This document shows, piece by piece, positions 9,766 through 18,411 of a stretch of 64,000 nucleotides of DNA. Source of the stretch: an uncultured Candidatus Saccharibacteria bacterium (lineage in GTDB: Bacteria > Patescibacteriota > Saccharimonadia > Saccharimonadales > CAZARM01); NCBI GenBank assembly GCA_964463635.1, contig CAYXCB010000001.1, forward strand, positions 7,526-71,525, read 5' to 3'. The translations under genes were made by a program, and so were the position numbers. The notes below the pieces were generated by a model. It saw nothing but the letters and a program-made list of their open reading frames with translations, was not told the origin of the DNA and ran no database searches. Numbering within the stretch: the stretch's first letter is position 1; each line of letters begins with the position of its first letter.

Positions 9766-10791
9766 TTAACAACGTATATTGTGGTCTAGGGTTTGGACGT
9801 ATTGGACCATGACAATTTTGCCGCCTGTAAAAGCAGGTTCTTGGCAGTAGGCTGGCGCTTCATCAGGCATCCGCTCGCCAATTGCCCGCCATGCTGGAAA
9901 ACCATTCTGCCAACCGCCGGTAATTCTATTCCACATCCCCGGTATACTATAAAAACCCAGGGCCGGGCTTTCACTATAATAATATTGGGATTGGCTGCCT
10001 ATAGCGTCCATAAGTCCTGTCAATACAGCTTTATGTTCTTCGTAGTCGCCTCGCCATTTATTCATAGTCTCCACGTCTAACCACCAAAAGCCGCTTTTCA
10101 CCCCGCTGGCATGGGCGTAATCCACAGAGTAAATTCCATGCTGGTTACCATACGCATATGCCACACACAGATTGTCGTTGGGGTCGCAATGCTTACCCGC
10201 CTCACCCAATATAGATAATGCCTCTTGTCTGCCTGGATAATCAGAATTAACGTATAGTGACAAGTCTTGGAACTGAGCAGCTTCATCAGCCAAACATGGA
10301 TTTTGTTCAAAGCTAGAACCGCCATTAACTCCTACAATGCCGAAGGTGGCGTAGTCAGGTACTTCAACCCCGCAGTTTGGCCATGAGATGTCAATGCCCA
10401 CGTTTGGCTGTGCCACTAGAGCCGCAGCGTGAGCATGGCTTCTTTCAGCTATCATGGCCTGGGATTCGACAATGATTGTAGTTGTTGTGCTTTCTTCGGG
10501 TTGTTGCTCAGGAGAAGCTGCTGATACAGGTTCGGTTGGTAATAACTCCAGTGCTGACGGGTTTAGTACTTCAATTTGCGGAACATCCGCGGCCGCTGGG
10601 GCAGGAGCACGATCAAGCGCCAAATCCATGTCTGGCTGACCGCCAGCAATACTAACACCTATTAAAATATTCGCTGCGGCCGCTGCAGCGATAGCTTTTC
10701 TGAAAACAATAGACTCCGCAATGTAGCTGCGTATAGTTTCTAACCGGCCTGTTTGTATTTCTGGGGCCGGGGCGGTTTCACCCCTACTCAT
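9766..10791 (-). CDS. secreted glycoside-hydrolase-like protein (GH25/DUF1906-like), paralogue of 49432..50283
   Basis: Membrane anchor or signal peptide; conserved GIDISWPNCG...FGIVGVNGG...WWLDVE blocks shared with the ORF at 49432..50283. Confidence 0.5.
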   Translation of the reverse strand: MSRGETAPAPEIQTGRLETIRSYIAESIVFRKAIAAAAAANILIGVSIAGGQPDMDLALDRAPAPAAADVPQIEVLNPSALELLPTEPVSAASPEQQPEESTTTTIIVESQAMIAERSHAHAAALVAQPNVGIDISWPNCGVEVPDYATFGIVGVNGGSSFEQNPCLADEAAQFQDLSLYVNSDYPGRQEALSILGEAGKHCDPNDNLCVAYAYGNQHGIYSVDYAHASGVKSGFWWLDVETMNKWRGDYEEHKAVLTGLMDAIGSQSQYYYSESPALGFYSIPGMWNRITGGWQNGFPAWRAIGERMPDEAPAYCQEPAFTGGKIVMVQYVQTLDHNIRC

Positions 10792-10860
10792 AATTTTAGT
10801 CTAGACTAAAACAGCAGTTTAATCTACCGTTTTTGACTTGTAAGCTACTCCTGAAAATAA

Positions 10861-11517
10861 TTACGGGCAGGGTTCGGCTTGCGCCGCAGATATATCATCG
10901 CCAATAACATTAACTTCCGGCACTAGCCACCTTTCGTTTGCACCTGTAGCTGGATTCTCATAAATAATTTGCCACCACACTTTGGAGGCGCTGCCCGGTT
11001 TGATGTCACTTATTTCCTGATTTGTTTCGTGATTGCTATAACATTCAAACAATACTTGCTGACCGTTCCGGGCAATAAGTGCCGGATTACTAGACTGATT
11101 CGCCCGCTTATAAAGACCGATTCGTGCATCAGCTAAAGGTACATTGCAGCTACCATCTAAAATTCCAAGTAGATAATCTTTGTCGCCAATTCTCTCCATT
11201 CTTATGCCTCCGGTTGCGCTGACACCTTCCGTATCAGTGTTTCTGGGTGGATTTAGGCATTGGGACTCGGTTTTAGTATCAATTTGTATGGGCTCGGGGA
11301 GATCGACTTCGGGGATTGGCAAACCTTTTTCCGAAGGAACAATATATGGCAGATCGGTAGTCGCGGCTGTAGCATCAGATTTTTGAGTAGTTGTTGACGG
11401 TTCAGCATTACTATCGCCATCGCTGCAAGCGGGTAAGGATAAGACTAAAGCGGCTATGATTCTGGGTCCAGCCCTTCTTAGTTTGGGAATTATTCCAACT
11501 TCTGGATTTGCCAGCAT
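10861..11517 (-). CDS. hypothetical secreted lipoprotein
   Basis: Signal peptide with lipobox-like LPAC followed by a Ser/Thr/Asp-rich linker. Confidence 0.45.
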   Translation of the reverse strand: MLANPEVGIIPKLRRAGPRIIAALVLSLPACSDGDSNAEPSTTTQKSDATAATTDLPYIVPSEKGLPIPEVDLPEPIQIDTKTESQCLNPPRNTDTEGVSATGGIRMERIGDKDYLLGILDGSCNVPLADARIGLYKRANQSSNPALIARNGQQVLFECYSNHETNQEISDIKPGSASKVWWQIIYENPATGANERWLVPEVNVIGDDISAAQAEPCP

Positions 11518-11589
11518 TACATGCTCCTAATTATCCGGTTCAGTCTACGGAGTAGGGGGCCAAAATTGTATTAGATTTATCGCTGTGAT

Positions 11590-12885
11590 TTAAGTGAGGA
11601 TCATTTTTCCTAGCCCTAGGAATACTAAAAAGCCAAACACATCGGTGGCAGTCGTAATAAAAATAGTTGCTGAGGCGGCGGGGTCCTTGCCAAGCTTAGA
11701 CATAATCAACGGCACGAGCGTGCCGAAAAACGCCGCGACTAGTAGGTTTATGACCATGGCCATGGCAAGAATAATGGCGATTTTAGTGTCACGGTTAAAG
11801 ATGATGACTACCACCGCAACGATAATTCCATTAATCAAACCATTGACCAATCCTGCACCGACCTCGTTCTTGAGTGTCCGAAGCGCCGTACGCAGCTCAA
11901 TTTGCTTCAGGGCTATACCTCGTACTAGTACGGCTAGCGTTTGAGTCGCGGCATTGCCGCCCATGCCGGCCACGATTGGCATGTAAATTGCCAGCAGTAC
12001 GTATTTGTCCAATGTTTCTTCAAACATTCCCACCGTAAACGCCGCCAAAAAAGCCGTGCCAAGATTGATGATCAGCCAGCGGTAGCGGTGCTGGACTTTG
12101 CGACGAGCCGAGTCAGTAACAGTTTCTTCCTGGTTAATACCAGCGAAGTCATACAAGCTGGAGGCTTCTTGCTCGTGCAGCATTTTGAGCACATCGTCAG
12201 AGTAAATAATGCCGACAACATTGTCGGCGTCGTTCTTAACAACCACCTTGGCATGCGGGTGGGACTGAAAAAGATGCAGTACCTCGTCGTGAGTAGCAGC
12301 ATATGATATTGACGGGACGCGCTTGACGTATTTGCCAATTAGTTCAGTCTTACTGGCAAAGCCCAGTTCATGACCAGGCATAAAACCGGCTAGGTGCCCG
12401 TCTGTTTTCATTACTAGAATCACAGGCGGCCGGCCAGTACGGCGTTCATGTTGTTTGAATTGTTTGGCTGTTTCAGTAATCGTGTCATTAACTGCGGCCT
12501 GAATATAGTCCAAGGTCATAAGGCCAGCAGCAGTTTTTGCATCGAATTCGAGCAAAGTTGACAGCGAATCTTTGAGATCCTGGCTAAGCAGCTGGAGGGC
12601 GCGTTCGCGCTTGTGTGGTGTTAGCAGCTGCAGCAGATCGGTGGCATCATCCGGATCCACGCTTTCTAGAATAGCGACTAGTTCTTCATCACCAATCCGC
12701 TGCAAAATGTCTTGTTTGACGTGAGGGGTAAGCGTGTCGAGCAGCTCAATCTGTTTGTCCAGGGGCTGACCCAGGAAGACTTGAGTCCGCTTGTCTTTTT
12801 TAAAAAGTAAATCCCTTAGCAGCAGCGGGTTAACGACGTTCAGATTTATGCCTAGGTTATTTTTAAACTTTTTAGAGAATTTCAT
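11590..12885 (-). CDS. mgtE: magnesium transporter MgtE
   Basis: MgtE N-domain, CBS pair and C-terminal 5-TM domain with GGNAATQ; 431 aa. Confidence 0.85.
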   Translation of the reverse strand: MKFSKKFKNNLGINLNVVNPLLLRDLLFKKDKRTQVFLGQPLDKQIELLDTLTPHVKQDILQRIGDEELVAILESVDPDDATDLLQLLTPHKRERALQLLSQDLKDSLSTLLEFDAKTAAGLMTLDYIQAAVNDTITETAKQFKQHERRTGRPPVILVMKTDGHLAGFMPGHELGFASKTELIGKYVKRVPSISYAATHDEVLHLFQSHPHAKVVVKNDADNVVGIIYSDDVLKMLHEQEASSLYDFAGINQEETVTDSARRKVQHRYRWLIINLGTAFLAAFTVGMFEETLDKYVLLAIYMPIVAGMGGNAATQTLAVLVRGIALKQIELRTALRTLKNEVGAGLVNGLINGIIVAVVVIIFNRDTKIAIILAMAMVINLLVAAFFGTLVPLIMSKLGKDPAASATIFITTATDVFGFLVFLGLGKMILT

Positions 12886-12945
12886 AGTTTTTATTTGATT
12901 AGCTTGAACTTACCTTACCATAAACTTAATGGATTTGCCCACCCT

Positions 12946-13356
12946 CTATAATCTGTTTTTAGCTTCTAATTCGTGGATGCGCTGGTGGTCCAGCCCGTAG
13001 TAGTGTGCGATTTCGTGCCAGAGGGTGTGTTTGATCTTACTTTTGAAATCTTCTAGATCGGCTGAAGCATAGAAAAGAGGCAGCTTGAACAGAGTAATCT
13101 TGTCAGGCAGGACCAAATTGTAGCTGGCGTTGCGCTTAGTCAGCGGAATCCCCTCGTACAAGCCAAATAATGTCTGGCTGCAATGCAGTTTAAGCTTTTG
13201 GCGCTGGGTTTCAGTCGGTTCGTCCTCGTAGGTGACTAAAACGTTGTTGAGCCGGGTAATATACTCTTCGGGCAACTCATCCATAGCAGCCGATATATAC
13301 TTGTCGAAGTCTTCGTCTGAGATACTTAACATGTTAAGTATTGTATCACATAGCAC
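12946..13356 (-). CDS. zincin-like metallopeptidase family protein (PF06262-like); true start may be the ATG at ~13332
   Basis: C-terminal HEIAHYYGLDH (HExxH...H) in a ~130-aa protein. The start region is overlapped by a 22-bp palindromic MarR-type box. Confidence 0.55.
   Translation of the reverse strand: MLCDTILNMLSISDEDFDKYISAAMDELPEEYITRLNNVLVTYEDEPTETQRQKLKLHCSQTLFGLYEGIPLTKRNASYNLVLPDKITLFKLPLFYASADLEDFKSKIKHTLWHEIAHYYGLDHQRIHELEAKNRL
13321..13343. promoter_or_regulatory. palindromic operator (MarR-box-like) GATACTTAACATGTTAAGTATTG overlapping the start of the peptidase gene
   Basis: Perfect 14-bp palindrome CTTAACATGTTAAG plus flanks; near-identical 22-nt site at 18375..18398 directly upstream of marR. 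Confidence 0.55.
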
Positions 13357-13364
13357 AAATTATT

Positions 13365-13391
13365 TTGACATTTAGGCTTGAGCGTTATAAT
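13365..13391 (+). promoter_or_regulatory. candidate sigma70-type promoter (TTGACA ... TATAAT, 15-nt spacer) for a short plus-strand transcript
   Basis: TTGACA at 13365-13370 and TATAAT at 13386-13391; an intrinsic terminator follows ~150 nt downstream. Confidence 0.4.
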
Positions 13392-13399
13392 GAATAATA

Positions 13400-13565
13400 T
13401 GAACATTAACAAAAAGAGGGGAGGTAATCTTTTGAAACAAGTCCTAATATCTAACGGACAAGTATCTGTAGTTACGCGCGGGAGGTACGCGCTTAACTAA
13501 CCTCCCCTAGCTTGTCTAAGTAGGCAGAATATCTTGGCCGCTCCGACTCGTCGGGGCGGTTTTCT
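13400..13565 (+). ncRNA. candidate small transcript (sRNA or 22-codon leader peptide) bounded by promoter and intrinsic terminator
   Basis: Long-range pairing GGGGAGGT...ACCTCCCC, internal hairpin GCGCG-GGAGGTA-CGCGC, terminator stem CCGCTCCGAC/GTCGGGGCGG followed by TTTTCT. A TTG-initiated 22-codon ORF (MKQVLISNGQVSVVTRGRYALN) sits after a GAGGGGAGG Shine-Dalgarno. Confidence 0.35.
13538..13565 (+). terminator. intrinsic terminator
   Basis: GC-rich 8-10 bp stem (one G-U) followed by TTTTCT. Confidence 0.55.
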
Positions 13566-13710
13566 ATTGAAATTCGACAAAGATTACAAACCCAAGCCAG
13601 CTTACTTTTCAATGCGCGACGCCCTGGAACAAGACTAGTTTCTTTTTAGCCTTTTGACCAGTAAGGCTAAGGCAAAACCATTACGCTGCTTACTTCGTAA
13701 GCTTTAGCGC

Positions 13711-13740
13711 CATACTTTCTTGTGTCGACAAGAAAGTATG
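13711..13740. repeat. perfect 30-bp palindrome CATACTTTCTTGTGTCGACAAGAAAGTATG
   Basis: Exact 15+15 inverted repeat centred on GTCGAC inside a 950-bp non-coding region. Confidence 0.8.
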
Positions 13741-14254
13741 CAAAGAAACGACGGCTAGATAAAAAGCGTTACTTTGCACGGTTAAAATAAGCCGTGCCTG
13801 CGGAACGGTCCGCCCATGTCTGCGCATGGGGGACAACGGTCCAATTCTGTTTTCTTAGTAGAAGGAATTGGACTGGTCCTCAGCAATGACTCGGCTCATT
13901 TTAACCTTAGCAAAATCAGCTTTTTATAACCCGACCAAGACCATGGAATATCTGACGGCAAATAAATAATACTTTAGGCCATGGCGGCCCAGCCAGGCTC
14001 TGGAAGTTCCTGATGACTGAATGTCAAAGGCACAATTTCTGCGCAGGGGATGTTTAAGCCCATATCTCTTCTTTGAAGAATTAATGAAAGATATGGGTGA
14101 GTTCCCCGGAGCCTTGTGGTTCTTTGACATTCGAGCGATTAGCGAGAATGTATGCCGAGCCCAAGCAAACCAGTCCTTGAAAAAGAAAAAGTTTGCCTGG
14201 CGTGAAGCTATACAATGAAGTCATAAAGAACTGGAATTGCCTGGGAGTTTTTGC

Positions 14255-14280
14255 CCACCTTTTGGCGGACCAAAAGGTGG
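14255..14280. other. stable hairpin (11-bp stem CCACCTTTTGG / CCAAAAGGTGG, 4-nt loop) just 3' of the 14307..14963 gene; not a canonical terminator
   Basis: Perfect 11-bp stem with no downstream U-run on either strand. Confidence 0.5.
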
Positions 14281-14306
14281 AAAGATTGCTTCTTGGAAAG
14301 AAGAAA

Positions 14307-14963
14307 CTAGAGGCTGTCGCCGTCCATGGCCATAAATATGCCGCTTATTTTAGCTTGGGAGTCAAAAGTAAATGACACCACCATATCATCAGCTGACATA
14401 CCGACGAAAGCGCTTTCTGGGAAGTACTGCTTGTAGTCGCCAGTCCCCCATTTGGTAAGCGTAGCGGCTGGCAGAGAAAAGTCCCAGGGATCAGTAGCAC
14501 TATCCAGATATTTTAGATCGCTAATGGCTTGGGTTGGTGTCCGATCACCGATGCCTTCACTGGCCGCTAATATAACCTTTATCTTGGAGGCCATGTAGCC
14601 CTCCAGTGCCGCAGTGTTGCCGCTTTTAATGGCATCTTCGATGTTGGCCAGGGCTTCGGCAGTTGGCGCCTTGGTTTCGGCTACGGTTGCTGGTGTAGTA
14701 TCTTCCGCAGCTGCCTCTGATTCAAGCTGGCTTATTCTTAGTTGTAAAGCCATTATTTCTGATTTATGATTTTTGGCTTGGTCTTTGGCTTCCAGGTCTC
14801 GCCAATAATACGCGCCTCCGCCAGCAGCTAGCAAGAACAAAGTGAATAAAATAAACACTAGTAAAGATACGTTTCTCTTGGTGCCTTTTGCCTTCGACAC
14901 AGGTTGCGCCGCTTCGGGTTCAGTTTTCTGAGTTTGATTGTTTCGATTGAAGTCCATATCCAT
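14307..14963 (-). CDS. hypothetical membrane-anchored protein with coiled-coil segment
   Basis: N-terminal TM helix (LLVFILFTLFLLAAGGGAYYW) followed by a coiled-coil-like region; 218 aa. Confidence 0.45.
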   Translation of the reverse strand: MDMDFNRNNQTQKTEPEAAQPVSKAKGTKRNVSLLVFILFTLFLLAAGGGAYYWRDLEAKDQAKNHKSEIMALQLRISQLESEAAAEDTTPATVAETKAPTAEALANIEDAIKSGNTAALEGYMASKIKVILAASEGIGDRTPTQAISDLKYLDSATDPWDFSLPAATLTKWGTGDYKQYFPESAFVGMSADDMVVSFTFDSQAKISGIFMAMDGDSL

Positions 14964-15251
14964 AGTAATCCTTTTTAACAGTTAGGTGAATTGTAGCATA
15001 AGCACGTTGATATGCTGTAAAAACAAAGAGAAGCCTTTTGAGGGGCTTCTCTTTGTCGCAGCTTCAGCTTTTTACGGCCTGGGTGCTAATCACCTCACAG
15101 TGACTAAGGCTGACTATAGGCCTGAGCAAATAGCCTGTCAAGTACTTTAGTAATTTACCGCTGTTTGCCTGTTGTTAAACGAGCGAGCTTTCTTGCTGAC
15201 GGCCGCATGCAAGCTTGTTACGCTGAAATTGCATTAACATAGGAGGGACCA

Positions 15252-15383
15252 ATGGCAAAAGATAGAAAAGACTATAACGATATGACCCGCGAGGAACTCG
15301 TGGCGATTATTGGCATTGAAGACAATCCGAACTACACTCGAGTTGAGCTGATTGATATGGCTCGCGATCGAGACACTTCAATG
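15252..15383 (+). CDS. small hypothetical protein (43 aa), not in ORF track
   Basis: ATG preceded by AGGAGGGA Shine-Dalgarno at -7; MAKDRKDYNDMTREELVAIIGIEDNPNYTRVELIDMARDRDTSM; followed by a strong terminator. Confidence 0.4.
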
Positions 15384-15409
15384 TAAATATATTTTCCTAC
15401 CCCTAAAAA

Positions 15410-15437
15410 GACCCCGAAAGTCGGGGTCTTTTTATTT
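15410..15437. terminator. bidirectional intrinsic terminator
   Basis: GACCCCGA-AAG-TCGGGGTC stem flanked by AAAAA upstream and TTTTTATTT downstream, between convergent genes. Confidence 0.7.
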
Positions 15438-16049
15438 GCGCAGAATAATTCTGGCGTAGCCGCGGGTGGCAGTAAAGCTCAAAATTAGCGCCAAACCAAA
15501 TACAACTCCCGCTAAGGCAGTAACAGACCGCCGTTCTGTAATATAAGCTAGCGTATATAAGCTAAGGGCTGACCATTGGAGCGTGGTAGCGTATTTTCCA
15601 GTGCGCGAGGTGTGCATAATTTTGTGCTGGGCTTTGGCCATAATCGATAAAACGGCATTTGTCAGATGTATTAGCGCAATTAATACAGCTTGCCAGGGTA
15701 ATAAAATATTGGTGATTACAAGTACCGGCAAAGCGGCGGCAATTTCCAGTTTGTCAATGCTGGCGTCTACGGCTTCGCCGACTGGACTTTTGGTGCCGGT
15801 TTCTTCAGCCACCATGCCATCAACGATATCAAGCACTCGACCGGCTACGATTAGAATCAAGCCTCGCCAAGTATGGTTGTAGTACAAATCGACCAATCCA
15901 AGCAGCACCAAAACTAGGCCTGCCAAACTCACGGCGTTGCCGGGCGTGACAATTCCATTAGTACTGGCAGCCAGACGCTGCCAGTAATTGCGATGCCTGA
16001 CTCGCAGCTTTTCCCAATCCGGTTTTCGGCTGGCACGATGAAGTTTCAC
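15432..16049 (-). CDS. CDP-alcohol phosphatidyltransferase family protein
   Basis: DIVDGMVAEETGTKSPVGEAVDASIDK matches D-x2-DG-x2-AR...G-x3-D-x3-D; multi-TM. Confidence 0.7.
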   Translation of the reverse strand: MKLHRASRKPDWEKLRVRHRNYWQRLAASTNGIVTPGNAVSLAGLVLVLLGLVDLYYNHTWRGLILIVAGRVLDIVDGMVAEETGTKSPVGEAVDASIDKLEIAAALPVLVITNILLPWQAVLIALIHLTNAVLSIMAKAQHKIMHTSRTGKYATTLQWSALSLYTLAYITERRSVTALAGVVFGLALILSFTATRGYARIILRK

Positions 16050-16075
16050 TCCTTCATCATAGCAAATAGCTGTTT

Positions 16076-17260
16076 TTAGACTACAAAGGTCAGGGCGTGG
16101 CCAACTCGTCCAGCTCGGCCGGCTCGGCCGACACGGTGGATATAATCCTGATAGGTTTGCGGCTGAGAAAAGTTAATGACATGAGTAATGTCGACAATGT
16201 CGATGCCGCGGGCAGCCACATCGGTAGCAACCAGCACGCTGACTTCACTGTCCTTGAAGCGTTTCAGGGCTCGCTGACGCTGGCTTTGATTCTTGCCGCC
16301 GTGGATCGAATCGGCTTTGAAACCTCGGCTAATCAATTCGTTGCTTAGTTTTTCAACACCGCGCTGAGTTTCGTCAAAAACGATGGCTTTTTCGACTTCG
16401 CCCTTTAGCAATAGATCATGCAGTTTGTCCATCTTATCGAGAGGTGATAGGCAACGCACGATGTCTTGGTTGACCATATCGGTAGTTTCACCAGTTTTGA
16501 TCGACACAGTGACTGGGTCAGATGTAAAGTTTTGTATCAAATTGTTGATTTTGTGGTCGAGCGTGGCCGAGAAAAAGAACGATTGGCGCTTGGCAATTAG
16601 ATTGCTAAGTATTTTGGTCACGCTATCGACAAAGCCCATGTCAAGCATGCGGTCTACTTCGTCCAATACAACCGTATCAAATGTAGATAGGTTTAGCGTT
16701 CGGCGCTCCAGGTGATCTTGAATCCGGCCAGGCGTACCGATTACAATTCTAGGTCGTGATTTCAGGTCGGCCAGCTGGCGTCCCATCGAAGTACCGCCAA
16801 TGAGCAGGGCTCCGAATAGGCCGCTGCCTTTAGCCATCCAGCGGCATTCCTGCTCGATTTGCTGAGCTAGCTCGCGGGTTGGCGCGATAATCAAGGCCTT
16901 AGAGTGCGGGTTATTAATTAACTTGTTAAGTATGGGTATAGCAAAGGCAGCTGTCTTGCCGGTGCCGGTGTTAGCAATGCCAATTACATCCCGGCCTTCT
17001 AGGCCGAGTGGAATTGTCTGGTCCTGGACTGGCGTTGGGACTTCGTAGCCCTTGTGTATGATGTTGGTCTTCAGTAACTGATGGACATTGAAGTCTGCAA
17101 AAGTGTGCTTGGCAACGTAAACGTCCTCTGTCACGCCTGTGGCACGACGGACGAAACGGGTCGGGTCGATATACTCGCCCCGACGTTTAGGACCGGAGAC
17201 ATTGCGTCGCCGGTTATGATTGGACGACTTGTAAATCGTCCGGCTTTTATAATTCGGCAT
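16076..17260 (-). CDS. DEAD-box ATP-dependent RNA helicase
   Basis: Q-motif, Walker A AxTGTGKT, DEVD, SAT and HRVGRAGRAGR motifs. Confidence 0.9.
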   Translation of the reverse strand: MPNYKSRTIYKSSNHNRRRNVSGPKRRGEYIDPTRFVRRATGVTEDVYVAKHTFADFNVHQLLKTNIIHKGYEVPTPVQDQTIPLGLEGRDVIGIANTGTGKTAAFAIPILNKLINNPHSKALIIAPTRELAQQIEQECRWMAKGSGLFGALLIGGTSMGRQLADLKSRPRIVIGTPGRIQDHLERRTLNLSTFDTVVLDEVDRMLDMGFVDSVTKILSNLIAKRQSFFFSATLDHKINNLIQNFTSDPVTVSIKTGETTDMVNQDIVRCLSPLDKMDKLHDLLLKGEVEKAIVFDETQRGVEKLSNELISRGFKADSIHGGKNQSQRQRALKRFKDSEVSVLVATDVAARGIDIVDITHVINFSQPQTYQDYIHRVGRAGRAGRVGHALTFVV

Positions 17261-17886
17261 AAAAAAGAATCCTCTATATTTTTAACTTGTTACTTTGGTG
17301 CTTGATTGCTCAGATGAAGCCAAAGTGATAGTCAAAAACTCGGATTCATGGAAAGACAATACCTATACATTAGCATGATATCTGTCCTGAGTCAACGTTA
17401 TAACAAAAAAGCACCAGAAAATCTGATGCGTTTTTGGTGGAGCTGGTGGGTACTGCCCCCACGTCCGCTAGTTTAACTGGTTAGTCTATCCTACAGGTGT
17501 AGGTCATTTGAATACATCATGGGATAAAAATGACCAAAAAACCATGATGGTCGATCCTGATCTTAGTCCGACTACGGATCAATTGCCGAAAGCAATCAGA
17601 AAATATGTCACGCTGTATCGCTATCTGATGTCACAATAGGCGCGGCTTTAGAAATTAAGCTAAAGCTGGTGCGAACTGGCGACCGAAGAGAAGTGTTTTA
17701 CCACTCTCAAAGGCGCTAGCTACGCGATCAAGTAGTTTTGCAACTATTTGGGTTCGTCTATACGCTGACAAGCGACCTGCTGATCTAACCGTTAAAGTCC
17801 AACGTCGAGCTTAAAATTCAGCCCCGTATATGATTTATCACTTCTTACAGTGATCTGTACATTATACCACTTATGTCAATAAATTG

Positions 17887-18342
17887 CTAGTTATGGAAAT
17901 GCTGGCCGCCACTGCCGGGATGGCAGGCATGGTCATGCATGATTGACATGATGTCCAGCAATTGCTGCTTCTGCTTATCGGTCAATTTATCAAACATTGA
18001 TTGGTGATAACTGTTCAAGATTTTTAGCGCCTCTTCGTTCAGCCGCAAGCCTTTGGACGTGGGAGTAGTAATGTGCCGGCGACGGTTGTCTGGACTGACT
18101 TTGCTCACTAGTAATCCGTCTTCTACCATTAACTTGATCTGCCGGCTAACGCTGGCCTCGGTCTGGCCTAAGGCACCAGCAATATCCCGCTGCTGCACGT
18201 AAGGGTTGCGCTCTAGCACCATTAGAATCTTGAACTGAGAAAAGCCTATCCCGAGTCGTTCCTGCAAAACCTGGTCATTCTGACGGGCCAGGGTAAAGGC
18301 CAGGTGCTGGAGTAGGTAGCCAATATTGTTAGTCGGACCCAT
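17887..18342 (-). CDS. MarR-family transcriptional regulator with His/Cys-rich C-terminal tail
   Basis: Winged-helix MarR core (FSQFKILMVLERNPYVQQRDIAGALGQTEASVSRQI); tail HDHACHPGSGGQHFHN. Confidence 0.8.
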   Translation of the reverse strand: MGPTNNIGYLLQHLAFTLARQNDQVLQERLGIGFSQFKILMVLERNPYVQQRDIAGALGQTEASVSRQIKLMVEDGLLVSKVSPDNRRRHITTPTSKGLRLNEEALKILNSYHQSMFDKLTDKQKQQLLDIMSIMHDHACHPGSGGQHFHN

Positions 18343-18374
18343 GTACTAATGCTAGCATGAAGTACTTTACTTGT

Positions 18375-18398
18375 TAATACTTAACGTGTTAAGTATTA
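18375..18398. promoter_or_regulatory. palindromic MarR-box-like operator TAATACTTAACGTGTTAAGTATTA upstream of marR
   Basis: 12-bp inverted-repeat arms; 33 nt upstream of the marR start; near-identical to the 13321..13343 site. Confidence 0.6.
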
Positions 18399-18411
18399 AG
18401 CAGGGAAGTGC

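Noticed and set aside
13357-14306. tmRNA, RNase P RNA, SRP RNA or 6S RNA in the large non-coding gap
   Set aside because: Could not find hallmark motifs on either strand (GGAAAGUCCGGGCU / ACAGAANCCGGCUUA for RNase P; tRNA-like GGTTCGAnTCC...CCACCA end or ...ALAA tag frame for tmRNA; GGAAGCAGCC for SRP). Left as an unclassified structured region.
14021-14375. Two short plus-strand ORFs (65 and 60 aa) at the end of the non-coding gap
   Set aside because: No SD sequences, overlap the 3' end of the 14307..14963 gene, no motifs; region better explained as structured non-coding sequence.
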